DNA of 64,000 nucleotides from Candidatus Nomurabacteria bacterium (GTDB taxonomy: Bacteria; Patescibacteriota; Minisyncoccia; Phycocordibacterales; UBA9973): NCBI GenBank assembly GCA_016699085.1, contig CP064958.1, forward strand, positions 196,141 through 260,140, given 5' to 3'. The notes under the pieces are model-generated. The model was given only the letters and a program-made list of their open reading frames with translations. It had not been told where the DNA came from and did not search any database. This document shows, in pieces, positions 1-8,931 of the stretch. Numbering within the stretch: the stretch's first letter is position 1; the number at the start of each line of letters is the position of its first letter. The position numbers and the translations under genes were made by a program.

Positions 1-346
1 CTCTATTTTCTATATCATTAGATTCTTCCCAATTTCCTTTGGCAATAAGAATATCTCCTTTTTCTAAAATTTCAATTTTTTTATTTATATACGTTGCAAT
101 ACCATAACGCTCCTCTAGTACATCACAAAATTCATAATTATGATTTTCTAGAGAATTTCTAATTTGCTCAAAAAGATCATATTTTACTTCCCGACCTGAA
201 ACCTGAACAAATGCTTGAGAATTTTGGTTCTGCTTATAAATTTCTTGAAAACAAAAGATATCTATCTCATTTTTTCTACTTTCGATAAAGTTCTTTAGTT
301 CAGGCCAGACTCTTCCACCCCATGCATTAAGTGTAATAAGTTTCAT
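1..346 (-). CDS. Endonuclease/exonuclease/phosphatase (EEP) family hydrolase, partial (N-terminal part only; continues off the window)
   Basis: Reverse-strand translation from the ATG at 344-346 gives MKLITLNAWGGRVWPELKNFIESRKNEIDIFCFQEIYK..., with the EEP-type N-terminus and D-x-x-CFQE motif. The ATG overlaps the ileS stop (ATGA). Not in the ORF track because it runs off the window edge. Confidence 0.5.
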   Translation of the reverse strand, partial: MKLITLNAWGGRVWPELKNFIESRKNEIDIFCFQEIYKQNQNSQAFVQVSGREVKYDLFEQIRNSLENHNYEFCDVLEERYGIATYINKKIEILEKGDILIAKGNWEESNDIENR

Positions 347-3300
347 CACTCTATGTTAATCGAAATAATAATTTCTCCAATACTTACTTCTTGTCCATTA
401 TTATCTGCAAACATGACTTCGCCTGCTAATACAGTCTTTTTGAAATCATTCATAAACGGCGTCACGAGTGATTCCGCCTCTGGAGAAATAGTAAGTATAA
501 TGACATCACTTGGTGTAAGACCAGCTTGTTTGCGCAAATCTTGTACTGCTCGGACAAATTCACGATACTCTCCTTCAAGTTTTAACTCCGGCGTAATGCG
601 CTCATCGAAAACAATCACTGGACCTTTCTCAACTGCTTTGACATTAAGCTCATCTTTGATAAGTTCTTTGTATTCATCCGCAAGATCTTCGGTGACGAAG
701 AAGAACGCGAGCGGCTGGCGCACGGGAATATTGGCTTTCTTTCTAAGTGCATTGCCAACCGTGCACAAATCCCGAACTATACCCATATTTTGCAAAATTA
801 CGGGATTAGGTTCTCCAGCTTTTTCTGGCCAATTAGAAAGATGTACACTTTCTACGTCTGCCTCATGTCGTAATCGTTGCCATATATCTTCCGAAGCAAA
901 TGGTGCAAATGGCGCCATCACTTGAGCGAGAGTTTTTAATACTGTATATAATGTTTGCTTCGCATCAACATCACCATCTTTGATGCGATCCCTCGAACGA
1001 CGCAAATACCATGTAGATAGGTCTCCAATAAAGTCTCGAATTGCCCGTACAGGCTCTAGTGCTTTGTATACATCCATCTTTTCTGTCGTAAGTCCCACAA
1101 CTTCATCAAGCCGAGCCAGTATCCATGCATCCAAAACATTTTTAGTCTGTTCACTATTTACTGTTCGCTGTTCACTTTCTGTATCTCTATACAATTCATA
1201 GAATGATAAAATATTGTACAGGAGCCCAAATACTTGCCGTTGGAGTTCCCCCACTGTTCGCTCATCGAAATTCTTGGATTCACCCGGCTGGTTGACTGAG
1301 TACATCCAAAGTCTCAGCGTATCCACACCGTATTTGTTAATCACAGTCCAAGGATCCACAACGTTCCCGATTGATTTCGACATTTTCTTGCCGTCTTTAT
1401 CGAGAATATGCCCGAGACAAATAACATTCTTGTATGCGGTGCCTCGATCCATAAGTACACCTACAGCGAGGAGTGTATAGAACCAACCGCGTGTCTGATC
1501 AATAGCTTCTGAAATAAAATCAGCTGGATAACCTGGACCTTCGACGAAGTCTTTATTCTCAAATGGATAATGATCCTGCGCGAATGGCATAGCACCTGAA
1601 TCAAACCAGACATCCATGACTTCTTTTACCCGGCGGAATTCCTTGCCCTCGTGTTCCAGTACGATTTCATCGATAAATGGCCGATGTGGATCAAGTTCAT
1701 AATTTTCATTGTGAGGAAGTGGTACAAACGGCAAGTCCCTCACCTCAGCATTGTCAAAACGTTTAAATTCTTGGACAAACACGTGAGAATTTGCCGGCTG
1801 GTATTCTTTATTTGTAGGAATAAATAACCCCGCATTCACAAAGAGTGCCCATGCTGGACCACCGTGCGTCACAATTAAAATATTTTTGTTTGTATAGGTT
1901 TTCTCTAAGTCATACAGTACCTTACCTGTACGTCTACCGACATCCTGGAGAGATTCACCACCCGGAATTTTTTCATCAAACCAGCTCTTTCCCTTTTGTA
2001 AAATATACTGGTGATATTCATCCCAGTTTTTGCCATCGAAATCTCCGCCGTCAATTTCGTGCAATTCATCGATATAAATAACCTGATTATTTGAAAGGCC
2101 GAGCTTTTCACGTAATATTTCTGCGGTTTCTTTCGTACGGATAAATGGCGAAGAAACAATGAGATCGATCCTTTTGTCTACTAAGCCTTGAGCCGTGGTT
2201 GCAACTTGCTTTTTACCTTCTACTGTTAAGTGATCATTTTCTTGATTTTTGAAGCTAATCACACCTTCAATATTACCTTCTGTGCCACCATGACGCATGA
2301 CAAAATATTGGTTTCCGGATTTCTTTGTATACTTTTTTAATGTTTCATACGAATCAACTACGAGACTCTCTCCATCGTCCGCAATCCAGATAGGCAGTGG
2401 TGTTCCCCAGTAACGCTCACGAGAAATCGCCCAATCTTTCACTTCACGGATCCACTCACCAAAGCGTCCTTCTTTAGTATGATCCGGCTCCCAATTAATC
2501 TTTTTATTTTCAGCAACCAGCGTATCTCGCAATTCTGACATGCGAATATACCAAGAATCGCGAGCATAGTAGATAAGCGCTGTTTTACATCGCCAACAAT
2601 GCGGATATGAGTGGGTATATTTTTCTTTCTTAAAAAGTAATCCTCGGTGTGCCAAATCTTTGATAACATCGACGGCCGTCTCTTCATCTTTCACAAATTT
2701 ACCCTCAAGAAAATCCGTACCTTTGATAAAATGCCCCGCTTCATCGACAAGGTGGAATTTTGGTAGTCCTACTTTCGTACCAAGCTCGAAGTCTTCTTGC
2801 CCGTACATAACTGCCGTATGCACAATACCCGTACCATCGGTCGTCGTCACAAAATCTGCAGGATACACTTTGTAGGCATTTACTATTTTTTCATCACCAG
2901 CATCAAGATTTTGAAGATATGGGTAGAGAGGTTCATATTGCATGCCAACCATTTCGCTACCCGTATGCTCTGCAACAATTTCATATGGCTCGGCAATAAC
3001 AGATAGACGTTCTTTTGCTAATACCAATATTTCATCTCCGACTTTTGCTTCTACATAGACCACATCTTTACCTACCGCCAAACCAACGTTGCCTGGCAAT
3101 GTCCACGGAGTCGTTGTCCATGCTAGAAAATACCCATTCTCTGTTCCGACAATTTTAAACTTTGCGGTGACTGAAAGATCTGTATCATCTTGATACCCTT
3201 GGGCAAGCTCGTGCGACGAAAGTGCTGTCCCACAGCGAGGACACCATGGTACGACTTTGTAATCTTTATAGAGCAAGCCTTTGTCATTTACTTTCGAAAC

Positions 3301-3828
3301 AATATTCCAAATTGATTCAATAAAATCACTCTTGTAGGTGATGTACGGATTCTTGTGATCTACCCAATACCCGGATCGATCAGTAAATCGTTCCCATTCA
3401 TCGATATACTTCCACACACTTTCACGGCATTTATCATTGAATGCGGCAATACCGTACGATTCGATTTCTTTTTTGGATTTAAGTCCCAATTCTTTTTCGA
3501 CTTGGAGCTCAACAGGCAATCCATGCGTATCCCAGCCACCTTTCCTGCGCACATGGAATCCCCGCATTGTTTTGTACCGTGGAAATGCATCTTTGAAACA
3601 CCGAGGTTCTAGATGGTGAATACCAGGCTTGCCATTGGCTGTCGGCGGACCATCATAGAAAACAAACTCACCTTTTGGAGAATCTTTATCGAGCGATTTT
3701 TGGAAAATAGTATTATCTTTCCAAAACTGCAAAACAGCTTCTTCCCTGCCCGCCGTAGCAGATTTTTCTGCACTGGAGGGACGAAGCGCTGCATCTGATT
3801 TATCCCCTTGTTCATTATCCTCTAACAT
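346..3828 (-). CDS. ileS: Isoleucyl-tRNA synthetase (type 2-like) with an inserted histidine-phosphatase (PGAM-like) domain
   Basis: HIGH-type motif PPTANGKPGIHH, CP1 editing motif TTPWTLPGN, YPHCWRCKTALIY, WAISRERYWGTPLPIW, DVWFDSG, KMSKS. About 175 extra residues (aa ~505-680) carry RHGGTEGN and VTHGGP motifs between the WG-PLPIW and DVWFDSG blocks. Confidence 0.9.
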   Translation of the reverse strand: MLEDNEQGDKSDAALRPSSAEKSATAGREEAVLQFWKDNTIFQKSLDKDSPKGEFVFYDGPPTANGKPGIHHLEPRCFKDAFPRYKTMRGFHVRRKGGWDTHGLPVELQVEKELGLKSKKEIESYGIAAFNDKCRESVWKYIDEWERFTDRSGYWVDHKNPYITYKSDFIESIWNIVSKVNDKGLLYKDYKVVPWCPRCGTALSSHELAQGYQDDTDLSVTAKFKIVGTENGYFLAWTTTPWTLPGNVGLAVGKDVVYVEAKVGDEILVLAKERLSVIAEPYEIVAEHTGSEMVGMQYEPLYPYLQNLDAGDEKIVNAYKVYPADFVTTTDGTGIVHTAVMYGQEDFELGTKVGLPKFHLVDEAGHFIKGTDFLEGKFVKDEETAVDVIKDLAHRGLLFKKEKYTHSYPHCWRCKTALIYYARDSWYIRMSELRDTLVAENKKINWEPDHTKEGRFGEWIREVKDWAISRERYWGTPLPIWIADDGESLVVDSYETLKKYTKKSGNQYFVMRHGGTEGNIEGVISFKNQENDHLTVEGKKQVATTAQGLVDKRIDLIVSSPFIRTKETAEILREKLGLSNNQVIYIDELHEIDGGDFDGKNWDEYHQYILQKGKSWFDEKIPGGESLQDVGRRTGKVLYDLEKTYTNKNILIVTHGGPAWALFVNAGLFIPTNKEYQPANSHVFVQEFKRFDNAEVRDLPFVPLPHNENYELDPHRPFIDEIVLEHEGKEFRRVKEVMDVWFDSGAMPFAQDHYPFENKDFVEGPGYPADFISEAIDQTRGWFYTLLAVGVLMDRGTAYKNVICLGHILDKDGKKMSKSIGNVVDPWTVINKYGVDTLRLWMYSVNQPGESKNFDERTVGELQRQVFGLLYNILSFYELYRDTESEQRTVNSEQTKNVLDAWILARLDEVVGLTTEKMDVYKALEPVRAIRDFIGDLSTWYLRRSRDRIKDGDVDAKQTLYTVLKTLAQVMAPFAPFASEDIWQRLRHEADVESVHLSNWPEKAGEPNPVILQNMGIVRDLCTVGNALRKKANIPVRQPLAFFFVTEDLADEYKELIKDELNVKAVEKGPVIVFDERITPELKLEGEYREFVRAVQDLRKQAGLTPSDVIILTISPEAESLVTPFMNDFKKTVLAGEVMFADNNGQEVSIGEIIISINIE

Positions 3829-4059
3829 ATTGACATTTTGTTAAAACTAATATAAAATATAAAAAATAATTAGAAATGGAAAACCAAATAATTATTCTAC
3901 TTTGGAGCATAATATGTATTTGTTACACAGGTATAGGATACCTTGTAACTCTTAAACTTATTATTTCTTCAAATCGCACTCCCGATCGCTTTACCAGATT
4001 CATAACAATTTTCCTATGGCCTTTTATGGGGCTACTAGCAATTGTTGCCCCAAAATCTA

Positions 4060-4300
4060 AGTAGAAAAACTCGTCCACGAATCACGAAAAAAAAATCATG
4101 ATTCAAGGACGAGTTTCTTTTTTATACAAGAAATCGTGGTACCACCTTAATTACTTCTCCTTTACCGCTATAACGGGCTTACCCGTCAGGTTCTACAGCC
4201 GTTCGGCTTTCTTCCTGAAGCTGTCCACCTAACGGAGGACTAAGGAATGATATGTCCTTAGTAGCTTGTAACTTCATCATAAGATACTTCAAATAAAAAG
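4060..4300 (-). promoter_or_regulatory. T-box riboswitch leader of ileS (specifier candidate AUC)
   Basis: Minus-sense sequence contains AATTAAGGTGGTACCACG, matching the T-box consensus AAUUAGGGUGGNACCGCG. An F-box-like CCCGUUAU lies upstream of it. A hairpin loop presents ACAUCAUU (AUC = Ile codon). A terminator hairpin (4064-4113) lies immediately 3' of the T-box sequence. About 250 nt of leader precede the ileS start. Confidence 0.65.
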
Positions 4301-4336
4301 CAAGAAAAAAACAAAACCCCGATAATTGGGGTTTAA
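4300..4336 (-). terminator. Rho-independent terminator after the membrane-protein gene
   Basis: Minus-sense CCCCAATTATCGGGG hairpin followed by TTTTGTTTTTTT. Confidence 0.55.
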
Positions 4337-4338
4337 CT

Positions 4339-4857
4339 TTAGAAAATATAGTTGTAATACTTCGAGGATTCATTCCTTAAATTCTCATACATTTTTGCAC
4401 ATTTGGGATCATTTCTGATCAGAGTGTATGCATACGTAGTTGGCTTGATATCGCTTATGCCAATGAACATGCCATCAATCTTGTTTTTCGTGCTCGAGTA
4501 CATATTGTGTTGACCGATCAAAATTAGGAGATCACTCCAGCGTGGATCTAGTTCGGGTTTCGAGTTTATATGTTGACTATCCACAAAGAAGATTTTCTCG
4601 CATAAATCTTCAATTTGCTCCTCTTTTCTATGGCGGATGCGAGATCTGCCAATCCTGTGATATATACATATCGCCAGGAGTACGGGCAAAACTATGACCA
4701 TAGTACCGATGGTTAGCGGGGTGTTGATAAAAATAACTAAAATATACAATTCCAGGATAGCCAGAGGAGAGACAATGAAAATTAATCCAACCAAATCTTT
4801 CTTCTCTGACCATGTCATAGGAAGAGAAGGGTATGTAAGAACGATTCGCGTTTCCAT
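4339..4857 (-). CDS. Membrane protein with conserved C-terminal soluble domain (paralog of 6195-6785)
   Basis: N-terminal hydrophobic helices. C-terminal block KPELDPRWSDLLILIGQHN...KIDG...LIRNDPKCAKM aligns with KPERHPEWEQLLFLIGSYN...KING...LIEHDPHCAQI of the 6195-6785 ORF. Confidence 0.5.
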   Translation of the reverse strand: METRIVLTYPSLPMTWSEKKDLVGLIFIVSPLAILELYILVIFINTPLTIGTMVIVLPVLLAICIYHRIGRSRIRHRKEEQIEDLCEKIFFVDSQHINSKPELDPRWSDLLILIGQHNMYSSTKNKIDGMFIGISDIKPTTYAYTLIRNDPKCAKMYENLRNESSKYYNYIF

Positions 4858-4948
4858 AAGCTTTATTTTCTTGCTTTATACCATATGCAAAACAAAATGT
4901 CTATAAATTCTTGAAAACCTATCCAAGGCAGTATGCTACAATATTTCC

Positions 4949-5191
4949 ATGGATCTCTCATCATTCGGACATACCATCCTTCTTACTATCACTAATATTC
5001 ACAATTTAACTATTGGCTTTTGGATTCTAGTTGCCTTAGTTGTCTTTATTTCTTTTATTTTGATCTCCAATTTCCGCTCATACGGTGAGAATTATTTAAT
5101 TGGATTTTTATTCTATACGTTCTACGGTTTTGGAGTATTTACCTTGCTTACTAATATTTACGGACAGCTCCAAATCATCGCTTCATTATGA
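4949..5191 (+). CDS. Small hydrophobic membrane protein
   Basis: 80-aa ORF with two hydrophobic helices, just upstream of the YdbT-like gene (its stop codon at 5189-5191 overlaps that gene's start at 5188 by 4 nt, ATGA). Confidence 0.35.
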   Translation: MDLSSFGHTILLTITNIHNLTIGFWILVALVVFISFILISNFRSYGENYLIGFLFYTFYGFGVFTLLTNIYGQLQIIASL

Positions 5192-5718
5192 CCTTACACC
5201 CAGGTGAAACTAAAATAGCAGTCTATCGCAGACACTGGTTCTATTTTGTCACTGAGACACTCCTCTTTGGATTGCTTGCTGTTTTCCCTCTTGTTGCAGG
5301 CACCATACTGCCGACCTATATACCATTTCAAATTCCCTCATATGTGTCAATTTTATTTCATTTTCTCTATACGCTCTGGCTTTTATTTGTTTGGATAACC
5401 TTTTTTATTTCCTACACCAATTATATTCTCGACCTTTGGATTCTGACTTCAGAGAGACTCGTCAATGTCGAGCAAATCGGCATATTCTCACGTGAGGTTT
5501 CAACTCTACAGATTGAGAAAGTTCAAGACATCACCGTTACAAGAAGTGGACTACTCGATGAGCTCTTAGGCACTGGCAGCCTTCTCGTCGAAAGCGCTGG
5601 TGCTGATAAAAAGTTTTTCATGTCGAAAATTGCTAATGCAGAACGCGTCAAAGAGCATATTCTCAAAATCGTCGAGGCAAAAACTCATGAAGTGAAGACC
5701 GTGCGAATCGAAAAGTAA
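5188..5718 (+). CDS. bPH_2 (YdbT/YdbS-like bacterial PH domain) membrane protein
   Basis: Multiple N-terminal TM helices, then VEQIGIFSREVSTLQIEKVQDITVTRSGLLDELLGTGSLLVESAGADKKFF, typical of the DUF304/bPH_2 fold. Confidence 0.5.
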   Translation: MTLHPGETKIAVYRRHWFYFVTETLLFGLLAVFPLVAGTILPTYIPFQIPSYVSILFHFLYTLWLLFVWITFFISYTNYILDLWILTSERLVNVEQIGIFSREVSTLQIEKVQDITVTRSGLLDELLGTGSLLVESAGADKKFFMSKIANAERVKEHILKIVEAKTHEVKTVRIEK

Positions 5719-6138
5719 TTACGCCGCTTTTTGTCGCCTTCCTTCTTCTCTTGCTTTCTTTTTTGCTAACTCTTCTCGCAGAAACCTGGGCATATCTTCC
5801 TCTTTCATTGTAAATATATTTTGTGCTTCGAAATCTGCAGTTGTTTTACAGTTCTCACAAAGCGAGACACCTGCCTTACCCCCAAAAGCAATATAAACGT
5901 CACGTGTTTTGGGATCAATACCAACAACTGGGCCATATTCTCGCATGGGCCAGCCTTGCTGCACATAGTCACCAGGCTTAAATGCAATACCTCCAAATGA
6001 CTCGGGATTAGTATCAAGCCAGATTTTATCTTGATTCCAATTACTCACAACAAACTCCTTGAGATGTGGGTTGTTTGGATGTTCCTGTAAAGGCTCCCCG
6101 ATATATTTGTTTTTCTCAGGAAAGTCATTTTCTATCAT
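5719..6138 (-). CDS. Hypothetical protein with basic C-terminal tail
   Basis: ORF 5719-6222, trimmed to the internal Met (MIENDF...) to avoid overlap with the upstream gene. Ends in ELAKKKAREEGRRQKAA. No recognisable family. Confidence 0.35.
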   Translation of the reverse strand: MIENDFPEKNKYIGEPLQEHPNNPHLKEFVVSNWNQDKIWLDTNPESFGGIAFKPGDYVQQGWPMREYGPVVGIDPKTRDVYIAFGGKAGVSLCENCKTTADFEAQNIFTMKEEDMPRFLREELAKKKAREEGRRQKAA

Positions 6139-6194
6139 AGGTGGATTGTAGCGCTTTCGTATAAAAAGAAAAGCCCAGAATGTCTGGGCTTTTA

Positions 6195-6785
6195 TTAGGT
6201 GAGATACGTATAGCAATCCCAATCGCCATTTTCTTTTACTTTAGAAATAATCTGCGCACAATGTGGATCGTGCTCTATCAGTGAACAGTGGTAACCCTTG
6301 GGTTTCTCAGCATGCTTGGCAAAGACAACAAGAATACCATTAATTTTCGCCTTATCTCCCACGAGCTGGTTGTATGAACCAATGAGAAATAGCAACTGTT
6401 CCCACTCTGGATGTCTTTCCGGTTTAGTTTTAACAGGATGATTGTTCATTAAAAATATTTGATCTTTCAATGCGTCAATCCGGCCCCTCTTTGTGCGTGC
6501 TTCATTAGCAATAAGGGAATTTTGAAGCGAAATTTTTGCAAGTACGCAAAGCGGAAACAATGCAATAATTCCTACAATGCCGCGAACGTCATTAAATTGA
6601 AAAAGTACTTTTAGATCAAAAGCAGCAATCAGCAATGAAACCACCATAAGTACAGAGTACATGCATTCACGAGATGTCATTGGAAGCTGATCATCATGTG
6701 CAACAAGTTGATTTTCCATAAAATGAATTTTTATTATTGTACCATATAATTTTTCACCTGTCGATGCAAAAGAAAAACCCACCAT
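6195..6785 (-). CDS. Membrane protein, paralog of 4339-4857
   Basis: TM segments plus a C-terminal domain alignable with the 4339-4857 product. Confidence 0.5.
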   Translation of the reverse strand: MVGFSFASTGEKLYGTIIKIHFMENQLVAHDDQLPMTSRECMYSVLMVVSLLIAAFDLKVLFQFNDVRGIVGIIALFPLCVLAKISLQNSLIANEARTKRGRIDALKDQIFLMNNHPVKTKPERHPEWEQLLFLIGSYNQLVGDKAKINGILVVFAKHAEKPKGYHCSLIEHDPHCAQIISKVKENGDWDCYTYLT

Positions 6786-6793
6786 TATGGGGG

Positions 6794-7150
6794 TTATTTT
6801 CTGTAAATAAATGCTTTAATACTGAGGTGTTTTAGTGCTTCACTGGGCCACTTTTTATAAATGAGTCCACATAACTCATCTACATTTTTCGATTTTGATT
6901 CATATAACACGTTACTCTCGTCAGTTAATATCTTTTCATATTTATCAAGGAATTTATTCAGTTCTTTATTGGCCTCTTCAAATGAGCCTGCTTGGGTCAC
7001 TTTCCATCGAGCCAATTCATAATCACTTTTTTCCTTGGTAGATTTTTTAATTTGCAAAATGAACATTACAAAGCCAGAAAAAACTGAATGTATTTTTTGC
7101 GTCATATTTTTCTTTTTACTATAGCATATATGACTACATTTGTCTAGCAA
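6794..7150 (-). CDS. Hypothetical protein
   Basis: 118-aa ORF, Lys/Glu-rich, no recognisable motif. Confidence 0.3.
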   Translation of the reverse strand: MLDKCSHICYSKKKNMTQKIHSVFSGFVMFILQIKKSTKEKSDYELARWKVTQAGSFEEANKELNKFLDKYEKILTDESNVLYESKSKNVDELCGLIYKKWPSEALKHLSIKAFIYRK

Positions 7151-7159
7151 TACTAAAGA

Positions 7160-8872
7160 CTACATTTTTTCTGGGACTTGTATGCCCAAGAGCCCTAGCC
7201 CATTTTTCATGACTATTGTAAAAGATTTTGTTAGAGCGATTTTGTATGGTGAATATTCATCAGTAGTATCGACAATCGGTGTTTCTGCATAAAAGCTATT
7301 AAACGCACTCGCAAGCTCTATCAGATACGTCGCTATGTGGTGTGGCGCATAACTCTCCCCTGCACGTACAACAATTTCAGGAAAACGATAGAGCAAGTGT
7401 TCGAGTAAACTAACTTGGCTTGGTGCTTGGCCTGCATCGATTGCAATCCCCTCTGCTTCAGCTTTCCGCAAAACTGACTTGGCGCGCGTCGCACTGTATT
7501 GAAGATAGGGTCCTGAATCACCCTCAAAAGAAATCGACTTGTCGAAATCATAGACTATATCGCCACCAATAGCCGAACGCAGAATCGCATATTTGATTGC
7601 CGCAACCGCCACTTGCGTGACGACTTCCTCGCGCTCAAATGCAGTAAATGCCCGCCCCTGAACACGCTCAAGGATCACCTGCATTGCTTCATTGAGTAAC
7701 GACTCACCGGTAACCACATTACCTTTACGTGAGGCCATTTTGCCTGATACGAGGCGCATCATGCCGTTGGTGATATGCATCGTTCTATCTGCCCACAATG
7801 GCTCAATTTGGCGCATAGCCTCTTTGACCACTTTCATATATTCACCTTGCTCAACAGCTGTCGTAACAATAGAGAGATCAGGGTTTTCATACGCAAATTT
7901 CTGCTTAGTCAAACCAAGCTCTTTGGTCTCATAGGTTGGTAGCCCTTGAGAGTTCACGAATACGCGTGTGTGAAGCGCTGGGTTATATTTCTCACCGTGA
8001 AAGACAACTGCTCCATCACTTTTCTCAAAAATTCCTTTCTCGAGATATTCATTCACTATCGCAAGACCGATCGGCGCCATCTCACTTTCAAAAAAAGAAT
8101 AATCAAACTTTGTTCCGAGTATTGTGTAGAGTGATTCAAATGCAGCAAGTGTTACACCTCTGCCCCAGTCATAAAGCTCGTTGATTTTGTCTTCACTTCG
8201 ATCGTAGATTTTTTTATTAATCGCATCTATTTCTTTTTTAGCTTCAACATCATTTTCGTATGCATCGTTACCTTTGGCATAGCATTCGCCGATATAGAGT
8301 GCTTGCGCCGATATAGCTTCGAGTTCAGCTGGCGTAGGATTTTTCATGAGACCATATATCGCTTTCGCTACGTGTGGTCCGACGTCACCTTGGTAGTTGG
8401 CACGGATTACTTTGGCACCGTGGTATTCGACAATTCGTGAAATGGATTCACCAATCGCATTCGTCATTAAATGTCCAATATGAAATGGCTTAAATGGGTT
8501 CGGTTGCGTATACTCAACCATGACTTTTTTCCCAGAAAGTATTTCGTTTTTACCATAGTTTTCATGTGCCTTGAGTATTGCCGCAACTTCATTTGTAAAA
8601 AATTCTCTACTCAAGTAGAAATTAATAAATCCAGGACCTGCAATTTCGATTTTCTCGATTTCTGGCAGTTTAGTTTTCTCAAGTTCAGTAAGTATAAGCT
8701 TGGCAACGTCTTGTGGAGATTTGCCGAGTGGTTTTGCAAGTGCGAGTGCAACATTGGTCGAGTAGTCACCATGAGCAAAATCCCCGGGGTGGTCGAGTTT
8801 TATCTCTGATTCGCCAAGGTCAAGAGCTGTGAGGGCGGATTGTATAAAGGTTTTAATAGTGTCAGCAACCAT
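7160..8872 (-). CDS. argS: Arginyl-tRNA synthetase
   Basis: Class I HIGH variant PNPFKPFHIGHLMTNAIGES and overall ArgRS architecture at 570 aa. Confidence 0.9.
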   Translation of the reverse strand: MVADTIKTFIQSALTALDLGESEIKLDHPGDFAHGDYSTNVALALAKPLGKSPQDVAKLILTELEKTKLPEIEKIEIAGPGFINFYLSREFFTNEVAAILKAHENYGKNEILSGKKVMVEYTQPNPFKPFHIGHLMTNAIGESISRIVEYHGAKVIRANYQGDVGPHVAKAIYGLMKNPTPAELEAISAQALYIGECYAKGNDAYENDVEAKKEIDAINKKIYDRSEDKINELYDWGRGVTLAAFESLYTILGTKFDYSFFESEMAPIGLAIVNEYLEKGIFEKSDGAVVFHGEKYNPALHTRVFVNSQGLPTYETKELGLTKQKFAYENPDLSIVTTAVEQGEYMKVVKEAMRQIEPLWADRTMHITNGMMRLVSGKMASRKGNVVTGESLLNEAMQVILERVQGRAFTAFEREEVVTQVAVAAIKYAILRSAIGGDIVYDFDKSISFEGDSGPYLQYSATRAKSVLRKAEAEGIAIDAGQAPSQVSLLEHLLYRFPEIVVRAGESYAPHHIATYLIELASAFNSFYAETPIVDTTDEYSPYKIALTKSFTIVMKNGLGLLGIQVPEKM

Positions 8873-8931
8873 AATGCACAGTCTAGCATATAAAAACCCC
8901 TTTGTTATAGGAGTTTTTATTACATTTTATT

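Noticed and set aside
353-925. 190-aa plus-strand ORF
   Set aside because: Antisense to ileS, Ser-rich, no features.
4140-4270. Possible SRP (4.5S) RNA suggested by GGAAGAAAGCC and GTCAGG-like strings
   Set aside because: The helix-8 pattern does not fit. The region is better explained as Stem I/II of the ileS T-box leader, with T-box and F-box elements present.
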